From NCBI RefSeq assembly GCF_009914755.1, contig NC_060926.1: a stretch of 64,000 bases of DNA; one strand, 5' to 3'. The notes under the pieces were generated by a model. The model saw only the letters and a list, made by a program, of their open reading frames with translations. It made no database searches and was not told the origin of the DNA. Source of the stretch: the human T2T-CHM13v2.0 reference genome, Homo sapiens. The number at the start of each line of letters is the position of its first letter. Position 1 is the first letter of the stretch. The translations under genes were made by a program, and so were the position numbers. Positions 16,465 to 34,974 of this stretch are shown in pieces.

Positions 16465-17138
16465 CAGTTATGCGTTGTATAATGATGTTTTAGTCAACAA
16501 TCAATTGTATATATGATGGTGGTCCCATAAGATTATAATGGAACTGGGCTGGGTATGGTGGCTCATGCCTGTAATCCCAGAACTTTGAGAGGCAAGGCAG
16601 GTGGGTCATTTGAGGCCAGGAGTTTGAGACCAGCCTGGCCAACATGGTGAAACCTTGTCTCTAAAAAAAATACAAAAATTAGCCAGGCGTTGGTGTTGCA
16701 CACTTGTAATCCCAGCTACTTAGGAGGCTGAAGCAGAAGGATCATTAAACTCAGAAGGCAGAGGTTGCAGTGAGCTGAGACAGTGCCACCGCACTCCAGC
16801 CTGGGCAACAGAGCAAGACTGCCTTTAAAAAAAAAAAAAGATGATAATGGAACTGAAAAATTCCTATTGCCTAGTGATGCTGTAGCCATTGTAATGTCAT
16901 AGTGCAACACATTACCGCTTCTGTTTAGATACACAAATTCTTACCACTGACTGTGTTACAACTGCCTGTGGTATCTAGTACTACTATACATGCTGTACAG
17001 GTTTGTAGCCTGGGTATGTAGCAGGCTATATACCATTTAGGTTTGTATAAGTACATTCTATGATGTTCACACAACAATGAAACCACCTTACGAAGCACTT
17101 CTCAGAACCCATTCATGTCACTAAGCAATGTACGACTG
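16465..17138. mobile_element. Tigger3 (Golem) non-autonomous element nested in MER44
   Basis: cagttatgcg...ggtggtcccataagattataatgg...aaaattcctattgcctagtg...gtacgactg, flanked by TA on both sides. Confidence 0.88.
16547..16837 (+). mobile_element. AluS nested in Tigger3
   Basis: TSD aagattataatggaactg (16529-16546) / aagatgataatggaactg (16838-16855). Confidence 0.95.
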
Positions 17139-17329
17139 TATAAGGTTCAGTACTATCCACAGTTTCAGGCATCCACTGAGGCTCTTGGAATATATACCGC
17201 ATAGATAAGGGGTGACTACTGTGTAAGTCTCCTGGTAAACATGGCATAATACATAACTATAATGAAAACTACATAAATATATTTAATATTTATCTAATAA
17301 TTACAATATGTATTTATGTTCTGTCACCT

Positions 17330-17790
17330 GTAAAGCATTTCACATGCATTATCTCATTTAATACTTATAACAACTCTCCACAGACATAAAGCTATCCACG
17401 TGCTCCCCCTTCTCATAATAAATCTTAATATCTTGGAACTAAATGGAAATTCAGATATCACCTAGTCCACCTTTCTCATTTTATAAATGAGGAGCCCAAA
17501 GCCCAAGCAAGGTTTAATGAATGCCCAAGACCAAGACCATAGCTAGTCGTTGGCAAAATTGAAGTTGTAATACAATGACCTCCAGCCCAGTACTCTTACC
17601 AATGATGATGATGTCTGCTAACAATTACTGAGCATTTACAATAGCAATTATTCACTTAGTTATCACATGTCTATGAGATAGGTACAAATATAACTTCATT
17701 TTACAAATGAAAAAAATAAGGTTTAGAGAAGTTGAGTATGCCCAAACTACTAAATTGAAGATCCAGGTTTTAAAGGACAATCTATTTCTA
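17330..17790 (-). mobile_element. Cluster of MIR fragments
   Basis: attatctcattt, ctcattttataaatgaggag and cattttacaaatgaaaaaaataaggtttagagaagtt are MIR core motifs. Confidence 0.65.
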
Positions 17791-18094
17791 TTACCTAAGA
17801 TTTTAATTATTATGTATTATATTGCTGGCATATTAAGAATTGACTGTTGGTGGTAAATATGGTTTTATAATCCATCCAAATTTGTGGTAGGATGTATGCA
17901 CTAAAATTGCCATTCATTGACTCTCCAGTTCCATACCATGCTAAGAGAATATTCCTTAAGATTACAACCACATCCTAGTTTTCTCTATTATTCACATCTC
18001 ATGATATCTATCCTGAGCTACTTACTACCTCAACTCCCTCCCATCTTCAGAGCTAACCAAACAGATCTACAGACTGAAGTAATTGCTAATTGCA

Positions 18095-18205
18095 TCATAT
18101 TTATTCACTCAAAAAATATTTATTATTAAAGTACCATATGGCGGGCACTATGCTAAGTCCTAAGGAGATAGGACTGGGTGGGGCAGACAAGATCCTTGTC
18201 CTAAC
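18095..18205 (-). mobile_element. L2 3' end
   Basis: ttcactcaaaaaatatttatta...ggcactatgctaag. Confidence 0.6.
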
Positions 18206-18307
18206 TAATCTGCTGTTTACCTTTTTCTTAGACTCTATGAAATGCGTATATTTAAAATAAGCCCTTCTTTATTCTTGAACTGGTTTGAATAGATTTTTGC
18301 TCCTTGC

Positions 18308-18711
18308 TGTATTGTTTGAATGTTAGTGTCCACTCTAAAATTCATGGTGAAATTTAATCTTCAGTGCAACAGGATTAAGAGGTAAAGTTTTTAGGAGGTG
18401 ATTAGGGCATAAGGGCTCAGCCATCATGAATGGGATTGGTAATCTTATAAAAGGAATGGAGGAAACTAGCTAGGCCCTTTTTGCCCTTCTACCCCTTCTA
18501 CCTTGTGAGATCACAGCATTTGAACCCTCCAGAGGATGCAGCAATAAGTTGCCATCTTGGAAGCAGTTTTCAGGCCCTCACCAGACACTAAACCCGACAA
18601 TGCCTTGATCTTAAACTTCCAGCCTCCAGAACTATAGGAAATAAATTTCTATTATTTATAAATTACCTAGTCCCAAGCATTTTGTTATAGCAGGACAAAC
18701 GGACTAAGACA
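18308..18711 (+). mobile_element. MaLR solo LTR (MSTC/MSTD-type)
   Basis: tgt...gtttgaatgttagtgtcc...ccagcctccagaact...ggactaagaca; TSD cttgc/gttgc. Confidence 0.85.
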
Positions 18712-18842
18712 GTTGCAAATAAACATACTCTAATTAAGACAGATTATTATTAGGGAATGAGTTGCCAAACAAAAGAGAAAGTAGAATGTTTGGAATTAGT
18801 TAGCAGGTAATGATAGGGAAAAGAGGATTGAGACTTCCCTCC

Positions 18843-19610
<768 letters not shown>

Positions 19611-19973
19611 TAAGGTATTATCTTAAGTCACTTATGACCATGTTCCCACTGAGGGAGAAGCTATGGAGGACTAGTGTCTGCTGATCAATTTAAAGAAATT
19701 GAGGAATATGAGCCATGTGATCGCTTTTAACAACACTGGGTAACTTAAGATAAAAATGAGGCCAATTCTCGTCCTTCCTAGAATGCCCATCTCAGGAATC
19801 TAAGGAAACACAGGACTATAATGAAGCTCTATTGCAGTAATCCCCTTCCTTCTGCAGCTGGATAGTTGAGAAAGCTGAAAATCAAATAAGTTGATTTCAA
19901 GTTTCTGTTGCCTTCATAATCCCATCATATTTTCTTGATAAATGCAAGGATAGTAAAAGAAATCATGGAACCT

Positions 19974-20090
19974 CAGGAGAATGGCGTGAACCCGGGAGGC
20001 AGAGCTTGCAGTGAGCTGAGATCACACCATCACACTCCAGCCTGGGCGACAAAGGAAGACTCCATCTCAAAAAAAAAAAAAAAAAAAAAA
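19974..20090 (+). mobile_element. 5'-truncated AluY (right-arm end) with long A tail
   Basis: Y-diagnostic gaatggcgtgaacccgggaggcagagcttgc; TSD aaatcatggaac/aaattatggaac. Confidence 0.9.
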
Positions 20091-21609
20091 ATTATGGAAC
20101 TTTGACCCCTTATTCTTCTCCAAAATACTTTCCATTGCAACCCCATTCCCAGAGAAGAGTAGCATTTTGCTCTGCTATGCTCTGTCCCTTACTGAATCTT
20201 GTCTTATAACTAGGATCTACATACAACAGTGTTAAAGGTGAAAAGAAAAGTAAGAGTAGAGAAGAAAGGAATTACATCCAGAAGGAAATGTAAGAGTTTT
20301 CTAGGTAAATTCAGCAAAAACAGGGAAAACTGCGTGGTTATGCATTTTGCACTACTTCTTCAAGGATGACTAAACATAATTTTGATTGACAACTTAATTA
20401 CTCTAGGACATCTCACTGGAGAAGCTTGATTTAATGTAGTAACTAGTAGTTACTTTCATAGTTTGCTGATGTAAAGGTCCCTTTGCATAATATAAACTTG
20501 AAAGGCTGCAGAAGAAAAATGCTAGTGTGGATCTGTCATATATGCTTGCCCTATGTTTCTCACCAGGGTCCTCAGGACTCTCCACTATTCCCTTTTCCTC
20601 ACATTAGGAAAAGATCTGTAATGGAATGCCTGAAGCCCTGTGAGGGAATCTCGGACCAAAGGTGGATAATTAATTATACGGAACTGGAGAGGCAAGAATA
20701 GCTGGGCTCAAGTAGTGGAGAAAACAAAATTAAGTAGGCAGAGTTATGCCAATTGGTAGTTGTTGATGCCTGGTACCTAGGGTTCAGTGAGATCTCTTTA
20801 TAAAGATTCTTTAGTTCTGATGTCCCAGTGACAAAACCACAAGCAAGCCTATTAAGGACTGCCTAGTTAATATTCACTAAAACATCTCACACCTGAGTCA
20901 GAGGAGAGTCAGCTATATCACAAACCTGTAGCCATTTATTTTTGTGAATATATACAAAGAGATGGAAACTTTCAAACTTTTCAGGAACTATTCGGATACT
21001 GACTTTGAGACAAAATAAATTCTCCAGGGATGATGTGATCTTTCAGTCAGAGTGAGGAGGTTAAGTAGTAAATGCTGTTCTGCCACTAGTATATATCACA
21101 ATAGACTCAGTGAGACCAAGAATTTACTCTGAAGTTGTTTCCCTAAATCCTGTGTTTAGGCAAAATCTCTACATTGGTTTCCTTACCTGTAGAGTGAGGG
21201 TTATTATGGTAAGAATGGTGATATGGAAGGCTTTAGAAGCCCGTGTTCCCTTTCAAAAGAATTAAACCAAAGCATATTTAATTGACCATCAAGATCTGAG
21301 AGAATCTGATAAGATGCATTCTATCCCTCCTTTTCATGGATCCAGTTCATACTGTGAAAAAGATTCATGGATCCTGGGAAATGATGGATTACATTACATT
21401 TAAAAAGATGCAATTGTTGCTACATTTCCTTGCAAAGAAATGTGTCCTGGATTTGGTTTAATTATATTTTTAATGTACCAATCTTTTGAATAATTTAGGG
21501 AACTATGCAGATAACTGAAAACTGAAAATGTTTAACATTGTAGACCATAAATCAGTAGAAATATGAAAGAAAACACATAAAGGCATATACATAAAGAAAT
21601 AATTATAAT

Positions 21610-22075
21610 TAATTATAATAAATAACATTTCCATGGCTGTTTCAAATGATTTTATATATATTATCTCATTTGATTTTATAACAATAATGTGAGACAAATA
21701 TAGCAGGAATTAGTATTTCTAGTTTATTGATGGGCTCAGAGAGGTTAAATGAATTGATTCATTCACCCTCGTGGCTTGAATTATCATACAAATATATGCT
21801 GAGGCTACCAAATCAACTCTACCATAGATTACTGCAATAGCCTTCTAACTAGTCTCTGAGGCTCCTGCAAAATGCAAGTTCCTTCCAAAAATACAAATCT
21901 AATACAGTCACCCTCCTATTTAAAATCCATGATTTCTCATCTTAACTCCAGCCTCCAACCATGGTATTTTGCATAGAGTAGGGCCCACATATATCTGCTG
22001 ACTGAATGAGCAGATTACTGAATTAATGCTGGTAACAAGTGGTTGAGCTGGAATATGAATCTAGACTTCCTCATT
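21610..22075. mobile_element. MIR (minus) with an intervening L2 fragment
   Basis: ggctcagagaggttaaatga MIR core; agattactgcaatagccttctaactagtct and tgctgactgaatgag are L2 motifs. Confidence 0.6.
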
Positions 22076-22737
22076 TTGAATATGCAAAGAGAAAGCTTAG
22101 GAAATTCCAAACCCAGACACAGACTGAATATTCCTAGTGCATGAGGGATACAATAGCCTAAGTTAGATCTAGAAGTTATTAGGCAATCAACACCTGCTGG
22201 TGTTTAAATCTCAGTTTCTCTGCCAGGATCCAGTGCTCTAATGTTTAAAACCAAATATAAAACATATAAACATACTGAGATCTAAGATGAAATCCACACA
22301 AAGCAGAAAAACACAGAGGTCATTATCAATTTTTAAAGGAAAAGTGATGATTTCATCACACCTAGTAAATTTCAAGTGACTTCCATCTTAGAGTTATTGG
22401 GTTTGGTAGCCTGTCAGCAAGAATTACCTAACAATAATACTCCTGTTATATAATGGCACCCTAAGCAGTAGTTACCATCTGTAGAAAACAGCTGAACTGA
22501 CTGATTGCTTGTAAAATAATCAAGCCGAGAATTAGAAAATCATCAGTTCTGGATCATACTTTTCAGGACAGCCATAGAAGTTTCACAGACAACTATCAAG
22601 AAGCAAAGTCAATTTATTATACCAAATTAAACCTAATAAATTCACAATCTGTGACAAAGTTTCAAGTACTCTGCAAAAGACCTGAGATATGCTGGATATG
22701 CTTAATATGAATTAGCAGATTTGCTAACTGCTGCTAC

Positions 22738-22767
22738 TGATGATGATGATGATGATGATGATGATGA
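22738..22767. repeat. (TGA)10 microsatellite at a MIR end
   Basis: Counted directly. Confidence 0.95.
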
Positions 22768-22779
22768 CAAAAATAGGAG

Positions 22780-23025
22780 CAGCTAATAATTAGTGCATAC
22801 TTAGTGCTTTACCACACAATGAAATACAGCCTTTCATGTATTATCTCATTTGATCCAAACCCTCTCATCTTTATATTGTTCAGTACTATTATTATTCCTA
22901 CTTCATAAATGGAGTTGTAAGGGGTTAAATAATTTACATATGGTAACACTAAAAGTAAGTGGGAACCTGAATCCATTCTGTTGAACTGACTCTAAAATCT
23001 ATATTCTTAATGACTACACTATCCT
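22780..23025 (-). mobile_element. MIR
   Basis: ttatctcatttgatcc...tactattattattcctacttcataaatggag...ggttaaataatttac. Confidence 0.7.
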
Positions 23026-23679
23026 AGCTGAATATCTCAGGCTCTTGGTAGTGCATATAATACCTCTATGCATTTGGGACCTAAGAAAATGGAAGACCTG
23101 ACCTCATATTCAAAAACACTCAAGGTATATTCACATTTCATCTTGTCCAGAGTTTGATTTCTTTTAGGACCTATACAGTTCTTCCAAGGACTCACAGACA
23201 AAAAGGGAAAATACCTCATGCACACACCACTGGGTAGAAAGATGTAAGTGTTAATTATCTTGTCATTTGGGACTGCTTTTATACGCCTCTGTATAGTTAC
23301 TTGAATTTTATGTATCATTTCTTTAAGATTTTTTTATAGACCACTGAGCATCTAAAGAAAAAAAAATGAGGGGGGTGGTATAGGGAAAGACATAGAATAG
23401 AGTTCTTTCTTTTAAAGTAAAATAAATGTCCATGGAAAGTTTTTGACAGACAAATTACTGCCAATCAGGAATGAAACATTAAATTCTAAATCAATGAACC
23501 TTAGTGGCTCTAAAATATATGAGGAAAAAAAATTTCACTGCTGATATTATGGTTATTCGTGGACTGTCAAGCCCTTCAAATGTTGGCTTCAATCTGATTC
23601 TAAGTCTGAAAGGTTATTACAAATACCAAATGGCTTTTCAGATAAGATATTGGCTCTCTGGAACCCCTTTTACATGGTT

Positions 23680-23980
23680 AACAAACTCTGTTGTGTTTCC
23701 ACCTTTTCATTAAATGCTCTTTTAGTCTTAACTGAAAGCTGGCTCTGCATTAAGGATGTAGATTCTCCTACGGTTCTCTCAAGAAGAAGCTGCTCATTCA
23801 AAATCAGGCCATAAGATGGGTATTATTCTTACTCTTCAGTGTTTCTCCCAGTCCATCATCACTCCTCCAGAATGTGCATGTATTTCAGCTTTATCATCCT
23901 TCATCCCTGTTTATCTCTTATCTCTGTCAAAAATCCAATCTTGTAGTTGATCATTCGCAAAAGTTCACCAGACTTTGTTA
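23680..23980 (+). mobile_element. Possible L2 ORF2 fragment
   Basis: tcttaactgaaagctggctct resembles the L2 endonuclease LTETWL region; pyrimidine-rich texture. Confidence 0.4.
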
Positions 23981-26900
23981 TTTAACCAGTGGTATTGGTT
24001 GATTGCCTACACCAAAGCCCTTTCCTTCCTTTTCTTTATAAGAGAATGAGCTTCTATTTTTTCCTCAAAATTCAGAGAAGGATGACTTCATTCTCATCTC
24101 AAGAATCAATTTTGACTGGTTTAGCCAATCATTATGTTTTCAATCTCCTACTAAATAATTGGTTAAGACAGAGGAATGTGAAACAACTTTGGCTAATTAG
24201 AGGCAAGGAATGTGGCGGGCAACTTATAGAAACAGTTCTGTTGCTGTTGTATATTATCATGTCTAGGTGAAAGGCATGGGAGTGTGCTTATTTATGAATG
24301 GTAAGATTAGAGTAGTTTTTATTTTCTTCCTGTACTTTTCTTTTTTCCCCACCATTTTCCACAATGAATAGATATTACTTTCATTAAAAAAAACCCCTAA
24401 AAATCTTGAAAAGTATTCACTTGATTCTGCTACTGGTTATGATAAACTAATAGGCACAGCACTAATCTTTCCAGTGTGAAAAAAAAATCCTGGAAACCTG
24501 GAAAACTGTACAAGGAGTCTGAAAGAACGGTTTTAGATACTGGACAAGAGGTAATGCAGAATTATGATCCCACAGACATAATGATACTGAGAGCAGGAGA
24601 GCAAGCGAGGCAAGCTAGCCTAGAGGCAGCTTCCAGGATGTGCTATAAAGCAGGCAAAGGGAGAGAACTGAAACAGAACATGGTTGTCTTACTGAGTTGA
24701 AAAGTCAGAGACTAGAGCCCAGGAGTTCAAGGCAACAAGTATTTACAGGACTGAGTATCAGAAAGGAGGATGCTACAAAAGAGAGCATCCAGGAAAACTA
24801 CAGAAAGGTCCTTTCGGTATTTGGTGGAGTACTAATTTGTGTTTGTAGGGGAGGCAATTACCAAAGGCTGGAGAAAGAACCATTAGAAATGAAAAGGAAA
24901 AGAATCTGTGAAAGTCTTACAGGGATGACCATACTTTGTGTTTCCACCAGCCAGAGTTTAAAGACCTCCAAGCTATCCAAAGCATCATGCAGAATTCTCC
25001 CAAGGGTACTGCTTTAGAACTGGTGACAAATTAGACCTAGACAAAAAGCTGCTATGGACCCACTAGATACTTAAGAGCAAGTCTTGAATGAATCCAATTG
25101 CAAATAACTAAAATCCATGTGCAAACAAAATATAATATTATTTAAAGGAATACAACACAGCATCCAACAATATGAAATGTAAAATTTCACGAATCCAGTA
25201 AACAATGACCAGGATGCAAAGAAACAGGACAATATGACCTATAATCAGGTGAACAATATCAATAACCTGGAAAATATACGCATGATGGAACTGGTAGAAC
25301 AGGACTGTTACATAGCTATTATAAGAATGTTCCATATGTTAACAAGGTAGAGGAACAGGAATATTATGAAGAAAGCAATGGAAGATATCAAAAAGAACAA
25401 AATGGAGTTCATATAAAAGTAAAAAAAAAAACACCTCAAATGACAAATACATTGAAATAGATAAACAGCAGATTAGATACTGCAAAAGCAAAGTTCAAAG
25501 AACTCAAAGACATCAATAGAAAGCATCCAAAATGAAGTGCATAAAGAAGAAAAGAAGATTGAAAAGAAAATAAACAGAGTATCGGTAACCACAGGACAAT
25601 GTGAAGTGGTCTAAAATATATGTAAAGGAAGTTTCAGACACAAAGGAGAGATAGAAAAGATATTCAAAGAAATAATAGCCAAAGCCTTCTCAAATTTAAT
25701 AAAAGGTATAAACTTGCATGTCCAAACTCAATGAATTCTAAGCAGAATTAACATAAAGAATCCCACAGAAAAGACACAGCCTAATGAAATTGCTGAGAAC
25801 TAGTGAAGAAAATCTCAAAAAAGTAGAGAAAATGAGACATAATTTGTACAAAGGAACAAAGATAACAAAAAGCTTATCATCAGAAACTATATCAATCAAA
25901 AGAAAATAGTTGGAACTCTTTAAAGTGTTGAAAGAAAAAAAAAACCCTATTAACCTAGAATTCATTATACAGTGAAAACATCTTTCTGAAGATTTTACCA
26001 GAAAAAAAAAAAGTTTAGAGAATTTAATATAAGTGGAATTGCGCTATAGTGTACATTGAAGGAAGCTCCTCAGTAGAATAAAAATGATATCAGATAGAAA
26101 TCTGAATCTGCACAAAGACATGAAGAATGCAGAATACAGTAAACACATGGGTAATTATGAAATATATATGAATCATTTCTAGACATTTTATAAAATAAAT
26201 GAGTGTTTAAAGCAAAGATGCAGTAATAATGTATTGTGGGGTTTATAGACTATGTAGAAGTAATATGTATAACAACAATAGCACAAACAAAGGACAAAAC
26301 ATAGAAGAAAAACAATACTTTTGTAAGATTCTTACATTAATGCAAAATGGCATAATATTATTTTAAGGTATTCTGTGTTAAAGATGTATATTGTAAATCC
26401 AGGAACAATAACTAAAATATACAACAGAGTCTGAGCTAATAAACTATAGATCACATAAAAAAACACTGATTAATCTAAAAAAAAAGCAATGAAAGAAGAA
26501 AAATGAACAAAGTATGAAAAAGGAAATATAAAATGAATAGCAAGATGGTAGATTTAAGCCCAATCATACTGAAAATTACATTCAGGAGGTGGAATAAGAT
26601 GGTAGAATATATGATTACATCATTTGTCTGATTCCTCCCTCCCCAACCCCACCCCTGCAGGAACACCAAATTTTAACAACTATCTGCAGACAGAAAACCA
26701 CTGGCACAAGAACCAAAAATCAGGTGAGCAATCACGCTACCTAGATTTTTACATCATATCGCTAAAAGAGACATTGAAGATGGGCAGAAAGACAATCTTG
26801 TATTGCTGACGCCACCCCTCCCCCATCCCCTGGCAGTGGTTGAACGGCCTGGAGAGTTTGTGCACTTGGGAGAGGGAGAGTGCAGCAACTGGGGGACTTT

Positions 26901-27295
26901 ACATTGAACTCAGTGCTGCCCTGTCATAGTGGAGAAAAAATTGTGCTGGCTGGGCTCACTCAGAACCCACACATGGAGGGAACATTTGGACCAGCCCTAG
27001 CCAAAGGAGAATCATCCATTCTAGAGGTCAGAACTTGAGCTCTCAGCAAGCCTCATTGCCACAGGCCAACATGCTCTGCGGTCTTGAGTAAACTTGAAAG
27101 ACAGTCTAGAACACAAGGAATGGAACTCTTAGGCAACTCTTAGTGTTGGGCTGGGCTCAGAGCCAGAGGATTAGGGTGGTATGTGACTTGGACAGTAACC
27201 CAGCCAGGGCAGCTAAGGGAATGCTTGCACCACCTCTCTGCCAATCCCAGGCAGTGCAGCTCATAGCTAGAAAATGAGTCCTTCCTTCTGCTTAA

Positions 27296-30198
<2,903 letters not shown>

Positions 30199-31704
30199 AA
30201 GAAGAACAGAATAAAGAGGACTCTGTCATGTGTCTTGGATACCAGTTCAGCCACAGTAGGATAGGGCACCAGGCAGAGTCATGAGGTCCCCATTTCAGGC
30301 CCTAGAACACAAATCAATAACAAGTAACAAGATTGAAACCATAATAAAAAGTCTCCCAGTAAAGAGAAGCCCAGGACCCAGTTCACTGCGAGTTCTATCA
30401 AACATCTAAAGAAGAACTAATACTAATCCTACTCAAACTGTTCTGAAAAATTGAGGAAGGAATACTTCCAAACTCATTCTACAAGATCAGTATTACCCTG
30501 ATACTAAAATCAAAGACACATCGAAAAAGAAAAATACATGCCAACATCTCTGATGAATATTGACATAAAAATTCTCAACAAAATACTAGCAAACTGAATT
30601 CAACAATACATTAAAAATGTCATTCATCATGACCAAGTGGGATTTATCCCCGGGATGCAAGGATGGTTCAACATACACAAGTCAATCAATGTGATACAAC
30701 ATATGAAGAGAATGGAGGACAAGAACCATATGATCATTCCAACTGATGCTGAAAAGCATCTGATAAAATTCAACATCCCTTCATGGTAAAAATCCTAAAA
30801 AATCTGGGTATTAACATTACCTCAACAAAATAAAAGGCATGTATGACAGATCCATAGCTAGTATCATACTGAATGGAGAAAAACCAAAAGCTTTTTCTCT
30901 AAGAAGTGAAACACAACTAGGACGCCTACTTTCAGCATTGTTTTTCAACATAGTACTGAAAGTCCTATAGAGCAATTAAACAAGAAAAAGAAAAAAGGGT
31001 CATCCAACTCGAAAAGGAAGAGGTCAAATTATCATTGTTTGCAGATGATATTATATTTAGAAAAACCTAAAGCCTCCACCAAAAAAATGATAAGAATTGA
31101 TAAATTCAGTAAAGTTGCAGAATACAGAATCAGCACACAAAAATCAGTGGCATTTCTATATGCCAACAGTGAACAATCTGAAGAAGAAATCAAAAAGTAA
31201 TCCCCTTTATAGTAGCCACAAATAAAAGTAAATACCTAGGAATTTACTTAGCCAAAGAAGTAAAGGATCTTACAAACTATAAAATACTGATGAAAGAAAT
31301 TAAAGAAGACACACACAAAAAAATGCAAAGACATTGCATGGTCATGGATTGGAAGACACAATATTGTTAAAATGCCCATATTACCCAAAGCAATCTATAG
31401 GTTCAATGCAATTCCCATCAAAGTACCAATGACATTTTTACAGAAATAGAAAAAACAATCAGAAAATTTATATGGAAACACAAAAGACCTAGAATGGCCA
31501 AAGCTATCCTGAGCAAAAAGAACAGAACTGGAGAAATCATATTACCTAACTTCAAATCATACTACAGAGCTATAGTAATAACAACAGCATGGTACTGGCA
31601 TTAAATCCGACACACAGACCAATGGAACAGAATAGAGAACCCAGAAAAGAATTCACATACCTATAGTAAATTCCTTTTAGAGAAAGGTGTCAAGAACACA
31701 CACT

Positions 31705-31990
31705 GACTGGGCGTGGTGGCTCACACCTGTAATCCCAGCACTTTGGGAGGCCGAGGTGGGAGGATCATGAGGTCAGGAGATCGAGACCATCCTGGCTAAC
31801 ATGGTGAAACGCTGTCTCTACTAAAAATACAAAAAAATAGGCGGGTATGGTGGCACACACCTGTAGTCCCAGCTAATCTGGAGGCTGAGGCAGGAGAATT
31901 GCTTGAACCTGGGAGGCAGAATTGCAGTGAGCCAAGACTGCACCATTGCACTCCAGCCTGGGTGACAGAGCAAGACTCTGTCTCAAAAAA
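31705..31990 (+). mobile_element. AluSc-like
   Basis: ggagatcgagaccatcctggctaac; TSD gaacacacact on both sides. Confidence 0.92.
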
Positions 31991-32205
31991 GGAACACACA
32001 CTGGGAAAAAGACAGTCTCTTCAATAAATTATGGTGGGAAAACTAGAAATCCATATGCAAAATAATGAAACTAGACCCCTATCTCTTGCCATATACAAAA
32101 AGCAAATCAAAATGAATTAAAGACTTTAAAATCTAAGACTTCAAACTATGAAAGGACTACAAGAAAACATTGAGGAAACTCTTCAGGATATCAGTCTCGG
32201 AAGAC

Positions 32206-32495
<290 letters not shown>

Positions 32496-32942
32496 TGGGC
32501 AGACATTTCTTAATTAATACCGCATAAGCACAGGCAACCAAAACAAAAATGGACAAATAGGATCACAACAAGTTAAAAAGTTTATGCACAGCAAAGGAAA
32601 TAATCAACAAAGTGAAGAGACAACCCACAGAGTAGTAGAAAATATTTGCATACTATCCATCTGGGAATTAATAACCCAAATATATAAGGAGACAAAATAC
32701 TTTATAGGAAAAAACTAATAATCCAATTTAAAAATGAGCAAAAGAATTGAATAACTATTACTCAAAAGAACACATACAAATGGCAAACAGGTATATGAAA
32801 AGGTGCTCAACATAATCGATCATTAGAGAAATGTAAATCAAAACTACAATGACATAGCACTTAACTCTAGTTAAAATGTCTTTTATCCAAAACACAGGCA
32901 ATAACAAATGCTGGAAAGGATGTGGAGAAAAGGAAACCTTCA

Positions 32943-33220
<278 letters not shown>

Positions 33221-34974
33221 TTTTTTTTTAAATCCACTATGGAGAATAATTTGGAAGTTCCTGAAAAAAGTAAAAATAGAGATATCATAAGATCCAGATC
33301 CAGCAATCCCACTGCTAGGTATTTATTCAAATGAAAGAAAATCAGTACATCAAAGAGATTTTATATCTGCACTCTCATATTTGTTGCAGCACCATTCACG
33401 ATAGCCAAGATTTGGAAGCAACCTAATTGTCCATCAACAGATATATGGAGAGAGAAACTGTGGTACTTACACACAATGGAGTACTATTCAGCCACAAAAA
33501 AAGAATGAAATCCTGTCATTTGTAACAGTGATCCTGTTATTTTAATGAGCTGGAGGCAATTATGATAAGTGTTAAACCAGGCACAGAAAGACAAACATTG
33601 CATGTTCTCAGTTATATGTAGGATCTAAAAATCAAAACAATTAAACTCATGAAGCTAGAGAGTAGAAGGATGGTTATCAGAGGCTGGGAAGCACAGTGTT
33701 GAGAGGGAAGGTGGGGATGGTTAATGAGTACAAAATAGTTAGAAAAATGAATAAGACCTAGTATTAGCACAACAGGGTGGCAATAGTCAAAATAATTTAA
33801 TGGTACATTTTAAAATAACTAAGAGTATGATTAGATTGTAACACAAATGATAAATGCTTAAGGAGACAGATATTCCATTTTTCATGATGTGATTATTACA
33901 CATTGCATGCCTGAATCAAAATATCTCATGTACTCCATAAATACATATGCCTACTAGATACCTACAAAATTTAAAAAATTACATTCATTATAAATCACCT
34001 AACCAACCCAATTAAAAATAAAAGATTGTCACACTGAATAAAAAAGCAAAACCTGACTATAAGCTGTGTACAACTTCATATTTTTTTAAAAAATTAAAAG
34101 AGAAAGATAGAAAAGAATATACTTATGCAAACACAAGGTCATAAGGAAGTTGAGTGGGTCAATACCAGTATCACAAAAAGTAGATTTTTTTTCAAATAAG
34201 ACATATTACTAGGGATAAAGAGGGTCATTTCATCATAATAATAATCAGTGCATCATAGGGACATATCAGTTCTAAGTAGTATGCACCCAATAACAGAGCT
34301 TCAAAATGCATTAACCTGATAAAATGGAAACTGACAGGATTGATATTGATAAATATAACTGGAGATTTCAACTCCTCTCAGTAATTGATAAAACAAGTAC
34401 AAAAAAATCAGTAGGAATACAGGAGATTTGAATAACACTGTCAATCAACTTTACCCATGTGATGTCTATAGGCTACTCCACACAGTAACAGCAGAAAACA
34501 CATTCTTTCTAAGTGCAAATGGAACATTTGACTAGACCATATACTGGGTCATAAAACAAGTCTCAACAAATTTAGAAGAACTGAAATTATATAAAGTATG
34601 CTCTCTGATCAAAATGAAAGTAAATTAAAAACCTAAAACAGAAGTATTAATGTATCTAAAAATTTTCTAAATATTTGGGAAGTAAACAACACATTTCCAA
34701 ATAACCCACAAGTAAAAGAAAACACAAAAGTAATTTGAAAATACTGAAATGAATAAAAATTAAAACATGACATATCAAAATTTGTATACTGTGGCTGGAG
34801 TAGTACTTAGACAATAATTTCTAATACTAAAATGCTCATATTAGAAAAGAAGATAATCTCAAATAAATTATCTAAGTTTCTACCCAAAAGAACTAACAAA
34901 AGAAGAGCAAATAAACAAAAAGTAAGCAGAAGAAAAAAACAGTAAAGGTGGAAATGAGAAAGCTAGAAATTAGC

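Larger units (their letters stand above)
15888..17221. mobile_element. MER44/Tigger7-derived TcMar DNA transposon, interrupted by Tigger3
   Basis: TIRs tagtagtcttccccttatctgc ... gcatagataaggggtgactactg. Confidence 0.88.
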
